A stretch of 64,000 bases of DNA, from the NCBI GenBank assembly GCA_951406725.2, contig OX597822.1, forward strand, positions 26,536,001 to 26,600,000. The letters are read 5' to 3'. Under the pieces are notes generated by a model. That model was not told the origin of the DNA. It saw only the letters and a list, made by a program, of their open reading frames with translations, and searched no databases. Positions 27,446 to 40,873 of this stretch are shown piece after piece. The DNA is from Octopus vulgaris (lineage: Eukaryota). The position numbers and the translations under genes are program-made. The stretch's first letter is position 1; the number at the start of each line of letters is the position of its first letter.

Positions 27446-27735
27446 CAGTGCTACTCAAAGTGGTGGTCCACGGACCGCTGACGGCCCGCGAGCCATCAGC
27501 TGCCGGTACGCAGCGAGTTTCCAGAAAAGAAAGAAACATAAAATGCTTATGTAATACTGTATTATTTGTTTACAGAATAAATATAAGATAAAAAAATTGT
27601 CAACTTTTATTATATTCATTATATATATTGTTTCCGGTATAGATTAATATTACTAAGAAATATTACCGATCTCTGGCACATTGGGGAAAAAAAAAAACTG
27701 CCGGTACGCCATATCAGAAAGTTTGAGAAGCACTG
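27446..27735. mobile_element. hAT (Charlie-like) MITE
   Basis: TIRs CAGTGCTACTCAAA / TTTGAGAAGCACTG; perfect 8-bp TSD ATCTACGC. Confidence 0.92.
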
Positions 27736-28007
27736 ATCTACGCAATATCCAAGTGTTCCAAGCAACGATGAAAGACGGAGCAATCTAGGAAGTATCTGAG
27801 CCCCGAAATATTGTAATAAAAAGTGCTAAGAGCGTTGTCTTAATCTTTAGAAAAGTCTCTTTATGTTATGTATTCAAATCTCGTCAGTGTCAAAGATGAG
27901 AATTAAATACATAACATAAAGAGACAGTTCGGTGCATTAGTGCTTCAGTCATCTCCATTGTTCTACAAATCCACATTATTATTATTGTTGTTATGCTGTG
28001 GCTGATA

Positions 28008-28228
28008 AGGCGGTGAACTGGCAGAATCGTTAGCACGTCGAGCAAAATGTTTAGCGGTATTTCTCCCGTCTTTACGTTTTGAGTTCAAATTCCATCGAGG
28101 TCGACTTTGCCTTTCATCCTTTAGGGGTCAATAAATGACGTACCAGTTGAGTACTGGGGTCGATGAGATCGACTGTTTCCCTCCCCAGGAAATCCAAGCC
28201 TTGTGCTTATAGTAGAAAAGATTATTAT
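28008..28228 (+). mobile_element. Group A SINE, (ATT)-tail subtype
   Basis: Flanked by the direct repeat TTATGCTGTGGCTG; A and B boxes present. Confidence 0.85.
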
Positions 28229-28699
28229 GCTGTGGCTGGTGATGCTCAGTATGCACCGAGTCTACAAAATCTGCAGGTATAAAATGATATTACCCTTTGT
28301 CAGACGCGTTTTTTCACCGCTCTTCTTTTTAGCAGAGCTACAATCCTGAGTCGAGCGTAGATCAAAATTAGGCACTTGACATTCAGAATGTTGCTGGGCG
28401 CTGACAGTCATTTATATAGATTGTGAAACGTCAACCTTTGTATACTGTATAACATTCTATAAAAGCTTTGTGACCAGCATGAGCAATTACAGTATCAAGA
28501 GACGTCGATGCAGATAATTAGGCAGCCATTCCAAGGTTTATGGATAGCTTCCATAAATCTCTGGCCTTGTAGCACAACTGGGAAGGCACCTTTCGGGTAT
28601 CCTGATAAATGATTATCTCCAAGTCAAGGGTGATACCCTCCTAGTTTTTTTCTTTTCTCGTTTCTCATCTTCCTTATATACTCGCACAAAGAACTGGCA

Positions 28700-30400
28700 A
28701 TATAAATGCACGTAGTTAGGGAAGCAGGAGTTCTTAACAACCACAGCTCACTGTATCTAGATGTGGTAGAGACGTAGGTTTCTGAGATGCACTCGCTCCT
28801 CATCATTCAAATTAATTATGAAATTTATGCCTTGTTCGACTGGTTTAGATCGAATAGCATAACAGTGCTGTTTTGGAAAGGTCTGGATCTATAGTTAAAT
28901 ACAAACTCCCTAAACCCGAATTGATAAATTGGTGGTACTGAATGTGAACAGTGGGGCGGGTGGTGCCTTCAAATTAGTGGAAGCGTACAGTCCTGTAGGA
29001 GCTGGGAAATCGGATTTCTTTAGATCTAGACATGTTCGTTGAAATATCTCGCTCACTAGGTAGGGATGGTGGGCGATTGGAATAGAATCATAAACGCACA
29101 CAGGGAATGTGTACTCAAGCGTTTCCAGTTATTTGACATGTATAATCTGGAGTTCTGTAATGCACCAATATGAATTTAGACAAATCGTAGCGGCTCATCT
29201 CAGTTGGAATTTTGTCAAGTTACCGATAGTTTCTGTCATTGTTGGCTGATAAGTATAGCGTAAGCAGTTCGGAGATTCGGGTGGTTGGCTACACGGACCA
29301 TAAACTCGTGATCTGAACTGTTAATTTAACAGATAGGGATCCGGTTACTGGGAGATGAAAGCGTCATTTCCAGCTCGAAAATTTTGGGGGAATCGCGTTA
29401 ACATACTAATTAAACAGGAATTAATAGATGTCATCAACAACAGACTGTATGTCTCGCTAAATAAGCATATGTTAGTTTTAGCAAAGTAGCGACATAGAAA
29501 GATGGAGTAGAGGAGGAGCTAGCAAATTGATTAGGGGAGGTGTGCAGAAAAGTACCGTGAACGACAAGATACAGGCGAAAATTCTCTTGACAGTATTTCT
29601 TTGAAGCTAAACGTAAATTATTCCTTGTTAGTTCTAGGGAAGGTGCGCTGAAACATAAGAGTACAGAAGCTGTTCGATAGACTTGGTTGTGGAAGCGCAG
29701 CGTGACAACAGAAGCACATTTCGATGTCTGATAAACTACACTGATGCACACAGTCTGGTTCTAAGAGTATGTCAATGGTTTCTCAGCAGCACTTTGCTGA
29801 ACTTATCGTGAGGAGCGACAAACTTGAGCCGGCGATCAACAATGATGTCCGTTTCGACTGTCTGCCATAAATCAGAGACACAGCATACCGAAAGATAATT
29901 TCAGCCGTCGGAGTGGCGGGCCTATTCAGCCTCTGTACAAGAGATAAATTGCCAAAACTTGATGGTCTACTCTACAACCTATATTATCACATGCCAGATT
30001 TAGTCGCTCGTCCTGGGTAAACCGGTGATGTTACTTAGAAAGGATCCGATTAAGGGGCTTGTAATAAACAGCGTCAGCCCCTTAACATTGTTAAACGTAG
30101 ACTTGGGCAAAGGTGCTCGCCAAGATGTTGGTACTAGCCGTCAGATGCAGACGGATATGCACAAATTTGTGCGAACCGCAGCGAGTCTCGTCATCGTAAC
30201 CTTCATGCGATGCTTAGTAAAAGAAATTGGGAATAGATCTGGTGAGGCTCAGATCAATTTGAATCAATCAAAAGTTTACAACCATCGGAACTTGTCAACT
30301 GTCCTTAGAACAGTCAGTTTTAGTCCCATCTTCAGAGACTAGATCGTTGTAAAGTATAGTGGAATTTTTTTAGGGTAGCCGTTTTTTGCATCACGCACTT
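28700..30400 (+). mobile_element. Old Tx1/L1-clade LINE ORF2 remnant (APE endonuclease plus RT start)
   Basis: LVVLNVNSGAGGAFKLVEAYSP, GDWN, DGLLYNLY, LLRKDPIKG..SPLTLLNVDL, INLNQSKV; many lesions and fuzzy ends. Confidence 0.72.
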
Positions 30401-30967
30401 AGTCCATTAAAGATGCCTCATCTCCCTTTTCCTGTAAATTTTGATACTGGTACCATTATAGCAAAGGTTTACATCTCATTTGAAACGCACTGTCTACACA
30501 CGCAGATGTCAGGGTGTCAGACTCGTTAGAATTTGGAGTATCAATAGATTATGTGGGCGCACATTATCCGGAGCAAGTTGGTCATGCCCCTCTTAACAAT
30601 GAGCAAAATAACACAGTGCAAAAAAAATGTATGAAGAAAAGTAATTTAATTGTACAGTGAAATATCAATATTAGACATGAACAAAAAGAAAATATTTTTA
30701 ACAACCAAAAATGCCAATTTGTATGTCTCAAGTGGACACGTAAACAGCAACATTGATAAATTCGTACACTGTTCAGTAAATGAAAGCAATAGCATTGCAT
30801 AATAGCAGCACTATCGCTAGCGTACAAAACAGCGCAGAATATTCGAATATGAATCATTTCCAAAAGAAAGAGGCAATAAGGAAACAAAGTGCTTCGCCGA
30901 AACGAGCAAAAAGGGGGAAAAATAAGACAGTCGCTTAAAAAAAAAGCCAACGGACGGGACTTCACTT

Positions 30968-31084
<117 letters not shown>

Positions 31085-31272
31085 CAGCTAAAAAGTTTAA
31101 AAGTTGTGTCAAATGTAGAAGAAATCGTCTCCGTCGTTTTCACTAGTTTATTCATTTGAGTCTCAGTACTTGGGGCAGAGAAATACAAGAGTAGCAGTAA
31201 AAGGTATAAATAACGACGTTGACCCCTGTCTTCTTGTCATCTTTGTATCGCAGATGATCAGTGTAGGAATGG

Positions 31273-33120
31273 TTTTATTATTACCCACAAGGGGCGAACA
31301 TAGAGGGGACAATACAACCTGATTTGGGGTCAGATTATCGGATGGGATTACACAAAAGGTGAATTTAAAAATTTACAAAAATGACAAAATAGCAAAAAAT
31401 CGAATGAAGAACAGACCGGAAGACATTACGGATGGAGTGGGAGCGGGTTTATCTCGGACCCCACGAGCCCGCCTCCCCACTGATACTTTGGTTTCGTCTA
31501 GTTTTACATTTATGTGGTATCATCCACTCGCAACTTTCGTGCTACATCTTTCCATCGTTCTTCGTACACTCTCTTAGTCAGGCATTTTCTCTCCAGCCCT
31601 ATCTTCCTTTTCAGGTGAAAGATGAAGTAATTCATCAAACCAGAGCCGGAGATGAACTCGTCTTCCATATCACCTCTTTCGCAATTGCTACTACAACGAG
31701 AAAACAATTTTTACCTTCTTTCGCGAGGAAATCTGGTGGGTCAATTTTTATAATAGACTCAGTCGACAGCTGTACTCTTCGTGTGCTTGACAACAGCTGT
31801 TCGGCATAAACCCACACCTCAGACACGACCGAACAATGAACAATAGCGTGCGGGACGGTTTCCCTATCCCGCCTGCATCTTGGACATATCGGACTGTCTT
31901 GGCCACCGTGCCTTGCGAGTTTATCCCGAACAGGTAGAGCTCCTCTGTAGCATTGCCATGCCAGAGACTTCTGGAAGTTGTCCAGTGTCTTCGGCTCGAA
32001 CGTACGTCGGAACAGACTGGCCAGCTGATTATCGTCGAGACCTAGGGTTTCCCCCAAGGTATCTTCACATTCCGCCTCTACCAACCCTCTATAGAAGAAT
32101 GAGGTTGACCCCCCACCGCAGGCGTTGCCCGAGCGACGGAATAGCAGGAGAGCCTTGCGACACTCCGTGTACCATGTGCCCAGTTTCGATCTACGATTCA
32201 GCCAGGTTTCCCATCCACCGAAACTAGTGAACTTAGGAAACATCGGTTTTGCTAGCGGAGACCACACCCGTTAACCTTCCAGGTAGAGCCACAGATGTCT
32301 TAACCTCAGCGCATGTCTACGCATCATCAGCCAAGGAATCCCTAGCCCACCCTTTAACGGTTGTTGACAGCAAGTAGAGCGTTTCACAAGTGGTTTCCCG
32401 CCCTTCCACAAGAAGTAGAAGAGCTGTCTTTCCAACTTGATCATCTACAAATCAGGGCAAGGAACGACGGAAAGGCGGTAGGTGATAACCGATGCGATAA
32501 ACACATTGGCTACCTCCGCCCTCCCTTTCAGGGATAGCCACTGCCAAGACCAGGTCTTGGTTACTGCAGCCACCCTGCTCGATACCTCGCCCCAATTCTT
32601 CTCTATTTGGAGGTCTGGACCGAACCAAACCCCTAGCAACTTAATCGGACCCTCCGTCCAACGTCCCACGACGCTGTCAGGAGGCATCGACTTGCCTCTC
32701 CAGGTGCCGAGTTGCAAGCCAACTGACTTTTCACGATTAACTTTTGCTCCTGCCACCGTCTCGTAAGCCTCTATGGCCTCGCCTACCCTCTGTAGGTGAT
32801 CCATTTCGGTTACGATGATGGTGATGTCATCTGCGTACGCTGACACCAATTTTCCACAACCTGGCTGTCTCGGAATGCCGCTCAGTTTTCGCAGTAATGG
32901 CTCAAGAGCCACCACGTACAAAAGCGGGGAGAGCGGACACCCTTGACGAACCGAGCGCTTGATGTTGAACGGTTTCGACAAGAAGCCGTTCACCCGAACT
33001 GCCGAGTCGATGTTGTCGTAAATTTGGATAATCCACCTGAGGAAGCCAAGGCCCAGCCCGAACTGTGCCAGGGCAGATACCAGGTAGCGATGGTCGACCC
33101 TATCGAATGCTTTAGATTGA
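31273..33120 (-). mobile_element. 5'-truncated Tx1/L1-clade LINE (RT, CCHC finger, 3' UTR)
   Basis: QSKAFDRVDH, SVRQGCPLSPLLY, SAYADD, KLLGVWF, CPRC..ETVPHAIVHC; stops and frameshifts; 3' tail at 31273-31312. Confidence 0.93.
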
Positions 33121-33297
33121 TTGTTACTCTCAAGAAAGAAGTTACAAATAATGGGAGGTGGTGAGAGCAACAATAGCAGCGCACTCCACAATTTATGTAA
33201 CCTGCTTTTGTAATGCCCCTTTCATCCGATGCCCCCGTGGCAGATAATATAGATCATCATTATCATCATCATCATCATCAACAACAACAACAACATT

Positions 33298-33470
33298 GGT
33301 ATTCGCCTCAGATCTTTATGTTCTGAGTGCAAATATAGCTGAGGTCGCCTTTTATCCTTTCGGGGTTGATTAAATAAGTACCTGTAAAGCACTGAGGCCA
33401 ATGTAATCGACTTGTCCCTTCCCACTAAATTTCAGACCTTGTGTCTTTAGTAGAAAGGATTATTATTATT
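33298..33470 (+). mobile_element. Group A SINE, partial, (ATT)-tail subtype
   Basis: Homology to group A. Confidence 0.75.
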
Positions 33471-34351
33471 GTTGCTTTTGCACAGCTTCTTGTGCTGGCG
33501 ATGTACTACAGCATCAGATGTTCACTACCAGTGAACTAAGGTAACACCCCTTATTTTTCGAGCACCTTCCGGAGTATTCGAGCGGTTCCAAGCAGTGCTG
33601 TTTTCTGCAAGTACTCCACCTTTATTGTAGCCCCTATTTGTTCCACATACTTTTCGAGATTTTTGCACACTGTTTCCAGGGCTCCGACAATTATTGGTAC
33701 TACTGCTAACTTTTTCATCGACCACAACTACTTAACATCCCAAGCTAACCTGTCATATCTCTCGACTTTTCTTTCTTCCTTATCGCATACCTTGTTGCCA
33801 GCTGGGCATGCTATATCTATGATCCAGCATAGTTTGTTTTCTTTCTCAATTAAGACTATATCTGGCTTCCTATTTTCTATCTCATGGTCGCACTGAATCA
33901 TAAAGTCCCATTGGATCTTTGCATTTCTATTTTCGACAATGCTTTCAGGTTTGTGGTCGTACCAATTTTTTGCTCTGTCAAGTCCATACTTTTTGCAAAG
34001 TCATATCAATGAGGCGGCATGTTTTTTGCCTGAAGTCTTTTACTATGATGTCTGGCCTATTCGCGTCTCTCTTTCTGTCAGTTTGAATAGTGAAGTTCCA
34101 AAGGAGTGAGATGTGGTCATTTTCTAGCACTGGAGGTGGTTTGTGTTCCCACCAGTTTTTATCATGGGGCAAGTCCAGGCTTTTGCAAATTACCCAGTGA
34201 ATATATTGTGCAGGTCTATCATGCCTGTTGAGATACTCTGTAGGCGCAAGAAGACTGCACTTGGAGACAACATGATCAATGGTTTCATTTTGTTGTTGAC
34301 ATACACGACATGTTGGGCTACTGCCGTTCTTTAATATGTTGGCCTGGTAGC
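33471..34351 (-). mobile_element. Chimeric R4/Dong-clade fragments (two different families joined at ~34000) in (TAA)n
   Basis: 34351-34001 reads CRVC..ETIDHVVSKC..YLNRHD..ANRPDIIV..LIDMT. 34000-33550 reads LCKKYGL..WYDHKP..RKPDIV..IIDIACP..LQKTALLGTARILRKVL. Confidence 0.85.
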
Positions 34352-34394
<43 letters not shown>

Positions 34395-34471
34395 CATTAT
34401 TATTATTATTATCATTATTATTATTATAATTATCATTATTATCATTATTATTATTATCATTATTATTATCA

Positions 34472-34515
<44 letters not shown>

Positions 34516-34516
34516 T

Positions 34517-34731
34517 AGGCGGCGAGCTGACAGGATCGTTAGCGCGCTGGGCAAAAATGCTTAGCGGCATTTTGTCCGTCGCTACGTTCTGAATTCAAAT
34601 TCCGCCTAGGTCGTCTTAGCCTTTCTTCCTTTCGGGGTCGATAAATTAAGTACCAGTGAAATAATGGGGTCGATATAATCGACTAGTCCCTTTCTCCAAA
34701 ATGTCAAGCCTTGTGCCTTTAGTACAAAGGA

Positions 34732-34815
<84 letters not shown>
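34517..34815 (+). mobile_element. Group A SINE with a long (ATT)n tail
   Basis: Full head with A and B boxes. Confidence 0.88.
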
Positions 34816-34818
<3 letters not shown>

Positions 34819-35366
34819 AATCTACCCATCTGCGATGGAGGCATAAAATGGGGGACCGAAGTCATAACAGCAGTATGTATTGAGAAATGTGTAAATGGAC
34901 TTGATAGATTACTGGGTGACGTCTTAGAAAAAACACATAATTGTTGGTGATACAGCATTCTATTGCAGCTATATGACATGTATTTCGTCTAAGTGACATG
35001 TGATGACGATTCACTCACGAACTGAAACAGGCTCCCAGCCTCTGTATCATGAATGGTTATGTGGACCACTCCTAACGAAAGCCTAAGCTTCCTTCGACCA
35101 CTACATAAAAAATATTAAGAAGAAAAACGTTATTTAGATATACTTTTATTTTAGTTGTTTACACTATTTTACGCCTGTTTATACTCTTATACATTCAAAG
35201 TTCATAAATTTCCTTATTTAAATTATGAATCATTCTTTTCGATAATATCAATACGATTACAAAACTTCTTTGTAGACGATATTTTCTGTTTGGTCGACAC
35301 TTTGAGTGAATGACGTCGCCCACTAATACCGAAAGATTGTCTAAATTATCAGTCAAGTACTGGGTG

Positions 35367-35797
35367 GGGATCTTTTCGTTTTGAACGGCAGTTTTTTAAA
35401 ATAATTTCTAGGTAACTAAAAAATTTTAAACTTCGTATACTGGTAGAATGTGTTTATAAAACATCTTTTTCTCTTGGCTTTATTGAGAATTTTCTCAAGT
35501 TTGTAAGATATTTGTTGTTTTTTTTTCTTCAATTTCTGCAATTTCAACCAATCAATGACGTGTATTGAGGTAAAAAACATTCTGTACCGTATGAATATGT
35601 CCCTCGTTTAAGAAACAGATTGGGTTTATTTACATTTCTGAAGAAAAAAAAGATCCCCTTCCCCCCACCCCTAACCCTAACTAAACCTAAATTTAAAATA
35701 GATTGAAATGCAATAGATCGATACTAGGGTCATAATTATGGGTGACAATTTCATATGATACCGCTAGAAAAAACTGCCGTTCAAACCGAAAAGATCC
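35367..35797. mobile_element. TIR DNA element with internal CCCTAA repeats, copy 2
   Basis: ~30-bp TIRs GGATCTTTTCGKTTTGAACGGCAGTTTTTT. Confidence 0.88.
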
Positions 35798-36260
35798 TCG
35801 CCTACTAATACCGAAAGATTGCCTAAATGATCAGTCAAGTACTGGGTCGTTATAATCGATTAATCCCTCCTTAGAATTCGTTGCCTCATGTGTCTATGCT
35901 AGAAACGATTTCTTTAGTTATGTCCCCTTTACGTTCTGAGTCTAAATCACTGAGTTTAACTTAAATGTTTTTCATTTGTTCGAGATCGATAAAATAAGTA
36001 CTAGTAATGTACTCATATCGATTTGATGACTATGCTCTTCTTTCTATAAATAACTGTGGTCGTATGTCACGTGTCAGAGTTCGTAGAACAGCGAACAAAA
36101 AAAAATAGTACCAAGAAGATTGCAGTTGTTATTTTCTAGTTAATCGAATCGTTTAAACTCCCGCCGCAGTTAAATTTTCCATCCTTCTAGAGTCAATAAA
36201 ATAACTAGTAACAAAAGTTTTGTGGCTATATTACAAATGAATACTAGTTGAATCGACAGT

Positions 36261-36649
36261 GGAATGGAAGCACTCCGTCGATTACGACGACGAGGGTTCC
36301 GGTTGATCCGAATCAACGGAACAGCCTGCTCGTGAAATTAACGTGTAAGTGGCTGAGCACTCCACAGACACGTGTACCCTTAACGTAGTTCTCGGGGATA
36401 TTCAGAGTGACACAGAGAGTGACAAGGCCGGCCCTTTGAAATACAGGTACAACAGAAACAGGAAGTAAGAGTGAGAGAAAGTTGTGGTGAAAAAGTACAG
36501 CAGGGATCACCACCATCCCCTGCCGGAGCCACGTGGAGCTTTAGGTGTTTTCGCTCAATAAACACTCACAACGCCCGGTCTGGGAATCGAAACCGCGATC
36601 CTATGACCGCAAGTCCGCTGCCCTAACCACTGGGCCATTGCGCCTCCAC
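36261..36649 (-). mobile_element. Group C SINE, full length
   Basis: TSD AATCGACAGT; near-identical to 51931-52316. Confidence 0.92.
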
Positions 36650-36944
36650 ATTAAATCGACAGTAACTGACCACACGGTGGATTTTCAGAATAGCTTAATT
36701 AATTAATTAATTAATTAATAAATTAATAAATTTATTTATTTATATTCCCATGTTTCCTTCCCACAGCGGGAATTACGATTCTGAAAGTTTTTTTTGTGTT
36801 TTTTTTCAAAATGTCCAATGGTTTAAAAATGCTTTTACCGCCCCTACCTAATTCCTTGCACTTTTCCATCCTCACGAAGGAGTGAAAGCTATCCCGAAAC
36901 TATGATGACCATTCTTGCATTTCTGAAATAAATATATAATGCAA

Positions 36945-37300
36945 GCATGGCTGTGTGATAAGAAATTTGCTTCCCAACCGCATGGTTCCGGGTTCAGTCC
37001 CACTGTGTGTCACCTACCAGAGCCTTGTGAGTGGATTTGGTAGACGGAAACTGAAAGAAGCCTGTCGTATATATATGCATGTACATAGATATGTGTGTCT
37101 TTGTCCCCCCTCCCATCACCGCTTGACAACCGGTGTTAGTGCGTCTGCACTAGTAACTTAGCAGTTCGGTTAAAATGACCGATAGAATAATTGCTATGTT
37201 TTAAAAAATAAGTCCTGCCGTCGATTAGTTTAACTAAAACTTTTCAGTGCGATGCTCCAGCATGGCTGCAGCTAAATGACTGGAACAAGTAAAAGAATAA
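36945..37300 (+). mobile_element. Group B SINE, diverged
   Basis: Homology to group B. Confidence 0.78.
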
Positions 37301-37769
37301 GACAATATAACAATAAATGAAAATAATAAATGAAAATAATAAAATAATAATAAATAATGAAAAAGTTGTGACCCTGGGACAAAGTAAAAAAACCCAACTC
37401 CACCCCGCTAGTAAAATACAATTAAAGACTAACTTTTTTAAACGAGTCGCGGAAGTTTCCTTCCTGAAACGATTCGATTGACTAGAAACAACAACTGCCA
37501 TCTTCCTAGTTTCATAAACGGAAGGACACATTAAACAGTGTGATCCTAGAAACATTACTGTCTGTAAACAAAATCAGGGTTGTCATGGTCGGAAAGCCTT
37601 TGATCATAAGTCTGCTCAATGAAGGTTATAAAATCTGACACTAATAAACATTAGCTTTATTTTTGTTTCCTTTTTTATCTATCAGGCATTACTTCTCCCA
37701 CTATGACCACAGTCGTACATTATTCCCGCCTGTTTAGTATCGTAACTACTATATCCTTTCTTTCATTTA

Positions 37770-37856
<87 letters not shown>

Positions 37857-38278
37857 TTGTCTGTCATCGTTTACTACCTTCAATATATTTGCTTGTCAGT
37901 GCGTGTGCGTAAATCATAGGAACCCCCTACCGTTTTCTTAAAGTACCTAGCACTTGCAGGTATCTTCGATGCGACTCCGTCTGCTACTTTCCATTATTTT
38001 CGCGACACGCCTCTTCTCGCCAAATAAGTTTGTTGTCGGTTGTTTGTTGTGATCTCTTCTTTCTTCACTCACACGCAAGCACATATTCGCGCGCACACAC
38101 AAACACACACATGTAACCCACACACACATATACACACACACGTATAGATATAGACACACACACACCTGTCTTCTTTTTACCTTCTTTCACTTCTCAAATT
38201 TTTCCCAAGTACGAGCGCGCGCATGCAGACCCAAACACACACACACACATTTACACACATCCATCCACATATATACAT

Positions 38279-38530
38279 TAAGTACATGCGTATAATATTT
38301 ATACATAAACAAAAATATCTACAATATACATATGTGTGTGTATATCTTTCGTTCTCTCTCTATACACACATCTATACAGTGAGGTGTGTGTATGTGTATA
38401 TACATAAAGTACATGCATATATATTTATATATAAACAAAAAATATCTACAATATACATGTGTGCGTGTATATCTCTCGTTCAATTTATACACACACACAT
38501 CTATATAGTGAGGTGTGTGTATATACATAT
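38279..38530. repeat. Two ~125-bp tandem units upstream of the ACER3-like ATG
   Basis: AAGTACATGC...AAAATATCTACAATATACAT...AGTGAGGTGTGTGTAT occurs twice. Confidence 0.8.
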
Positions 38531-38649
38531 CGTATCTGTTCCGCAAGTCTTAACGCCTTCGTTCCTGCCTCACTCTTTCATTTATCTCCCTCTCTCGTAC
38601 TCTTTACTATCGTTTCTCCTCATCCTTCTGCTTTTTTTTTTTTATTATC

Positions 38650-39300
38650 TCTCTCTATCTCCCTGACCGTCTTTCTCCTTCTCCTTCTCCGCGGTTCTCC
38701 TACTCCTCCTCCTCTACCTCCTCCTCCATCGTATAACAACGCTTAAGATCCACGCTCTCTCAAGTTGTTGAGCTTCGCGCAGTATTTTGTCGTGGTGTTG
38801 GCATGGCTCCTCCGTATGGCACGGATACCGCTTCAGGCTATTGGGGGACAGTTACCTCGACAATCGATTGGTGTGAAGAGAATTATGTCGTAACTGAGTA
38901 CATTGCAGAATTCTGTAAGTAATCATTAATTTATAAACCCGGAGCTAACGTACCACCTACCTCTATTACCACTAACAACAAAACAAAACGAGCAACTACG
39001 ATTGATCGACACCCTCCTTCATCATGATTTAATATTAATAATAATAATATATATATATACATATTATTATTTTTTTTTTGTATAAAAAGCTTGACATATT
39101 TTCTTGTGGTTCGAAGATGTTGTGAGGGTGATGAAGTAGACGAAGCAAGTGGCATGTTGTGTTGTTCTTGCATTTCACGAAAAATATCAGCCACATACCT
39201 GAAGCGAAATTGGCTCCGAGTGTCGGACTCCTCTTGCCGGAAGTTTGCCTCTCACCGTGTTCATTAACGATAAAAATAAATAATAACGATGTTGTTGATG
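38650..39300. promoter_or_regulatory. CpG-retaining promoter/first-exon region of the ACER3-like gene, with an ETS-type CCGGAAGT at 39237-39244
   Basis: Unique-looking, CpG-rich sequence around the ATG. Motif seen directly; function inferred. Confidence 0.45.
38803..38914 (+). CDS. ACER3: Alkaline ceramidase (ACER3/aPHC-like), first coding exon
   Basis: ATG at 38803 reads [37 protein letters not shown], matching the alkaline ceramidase N-terminal motif GYWG..TST.DWCE.NY....IAEFWN. It is followed by T|GTAAGT, a perfect donor in phase 1 within the Trp codon. I found no exon 2 (expected GG AAY AC..) in the window. Confidence 0.93.
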
Positions 39301-40768
39301 TTGTGATGGAGGTGAGGGTTTATTAGTAATGATAATCGTTATAATTTCTTAATTAGTCACGAAGACTCGGATGTTATATTGCGGAAACGGGAGTAGATAG
39401 TTATGAAGTTCATGTTTTGTGTTTTTCCCTTAAAAGTAGGTAGCGACCTGGAGGGAAGTTAAACGGATCTGGTTGCAAGGCAAGCAAGAAAACTACCTGC
39501 TGAGTACTTACGGCACCCGCCTTCCTTACTGATTCTAAACGATAATGGTGGGAGTTTTAATAGTAATGGTAAATGGTTATGATGATAATAAAAATTCCAC
39601 AATAATTCAGTCCAGATCTCAGGAGGAGGTTGGAAGCTGAAGTAATGGTTATTTTATTGTTACATATCGAGTGCAGCAAACAAATGTTGAAATGTCCGGT
39701 TTCATCCATTCATTTTTCAGCAGACACCAACTAATTGAGGGAGCCTTAACGTAGTTACTCAACTGCTAGGAATAGCAGCCAAATCTTTTCCGGACGCATT
39801 GGACATTTCCCAAAATAAACATCGGACGGAATAGTTCTCTCTGATCATGTTTGCTTATTCAAGGCTGACCCGACGTCCAAGTATCTGATAAATGCATATA
39901 TAAGACCAGTGTATTCCTGGTTTCTCCCTCGTGGTTCTGTGTTAATTTTATTTGGATACTATGCATTCTTATGTATAAATGTGTGTATTTATGTATACAC
40001 ATATGTACGAATTTCTGCATGTATGTGTATTAGATATTTATCCAGTAATTTCTGCAAACAAACTGATATGTCAGTCAATGTTTAGTATTTTCGCGGTTCG
40101 TGTCAAATCCTTACATAGTGTGTATGTGTGGGTCCTTCCGTCTGCGTGTGTGACATTCGTATGTAAACAAACAAAACAGGTTGACAATAGAGATTTACTC
40201 TAATTCCATCCAAGAATCCGCGTGGAATCATCGTAGTATTTTTCAGTTTTATTAACACTATTAGAATTATTATTACCATTATTGCAATAAACAAAATAAA
40301 CATTTGATATGCCATTGTAAATAAGTAGATATACGTTCGCATATTTGTATGCAAGCGAATTCATATGCACAGAATTGTTGTAAATATAAACCAAGTGCTT
40401 CCCCATTTTATATCGTATAGTTGATTACATGACTGGATGCTATTTATATTACTAAATATAGGTAGATATCATGCATTTTGAATACGTTAGCAAATAACAA
40501 AACAAATACAACGGTCACAACCCAGATGCTTGGTGACAAGCAGTAACATTTCATGAATAAATATATAATGTTTGAGGATCATGGAATGCTGTGATGTCTC
40601 TTGTTGATCCCATCAGATACCTCTCTCTAAGCAACATCGTAATTCACTGCTGGTTTCGTATCAGTTTCATTCATCCTCCCATCTTTCGTTACTTTCTTCG
40701 TTCATGGGCATTTCCATAGTCAGTGTCTTTTATTCTCTCACTCTTAAAGCAATCTATCTATCTATCTG

Positions 40769-40873
<105 letters not shown>

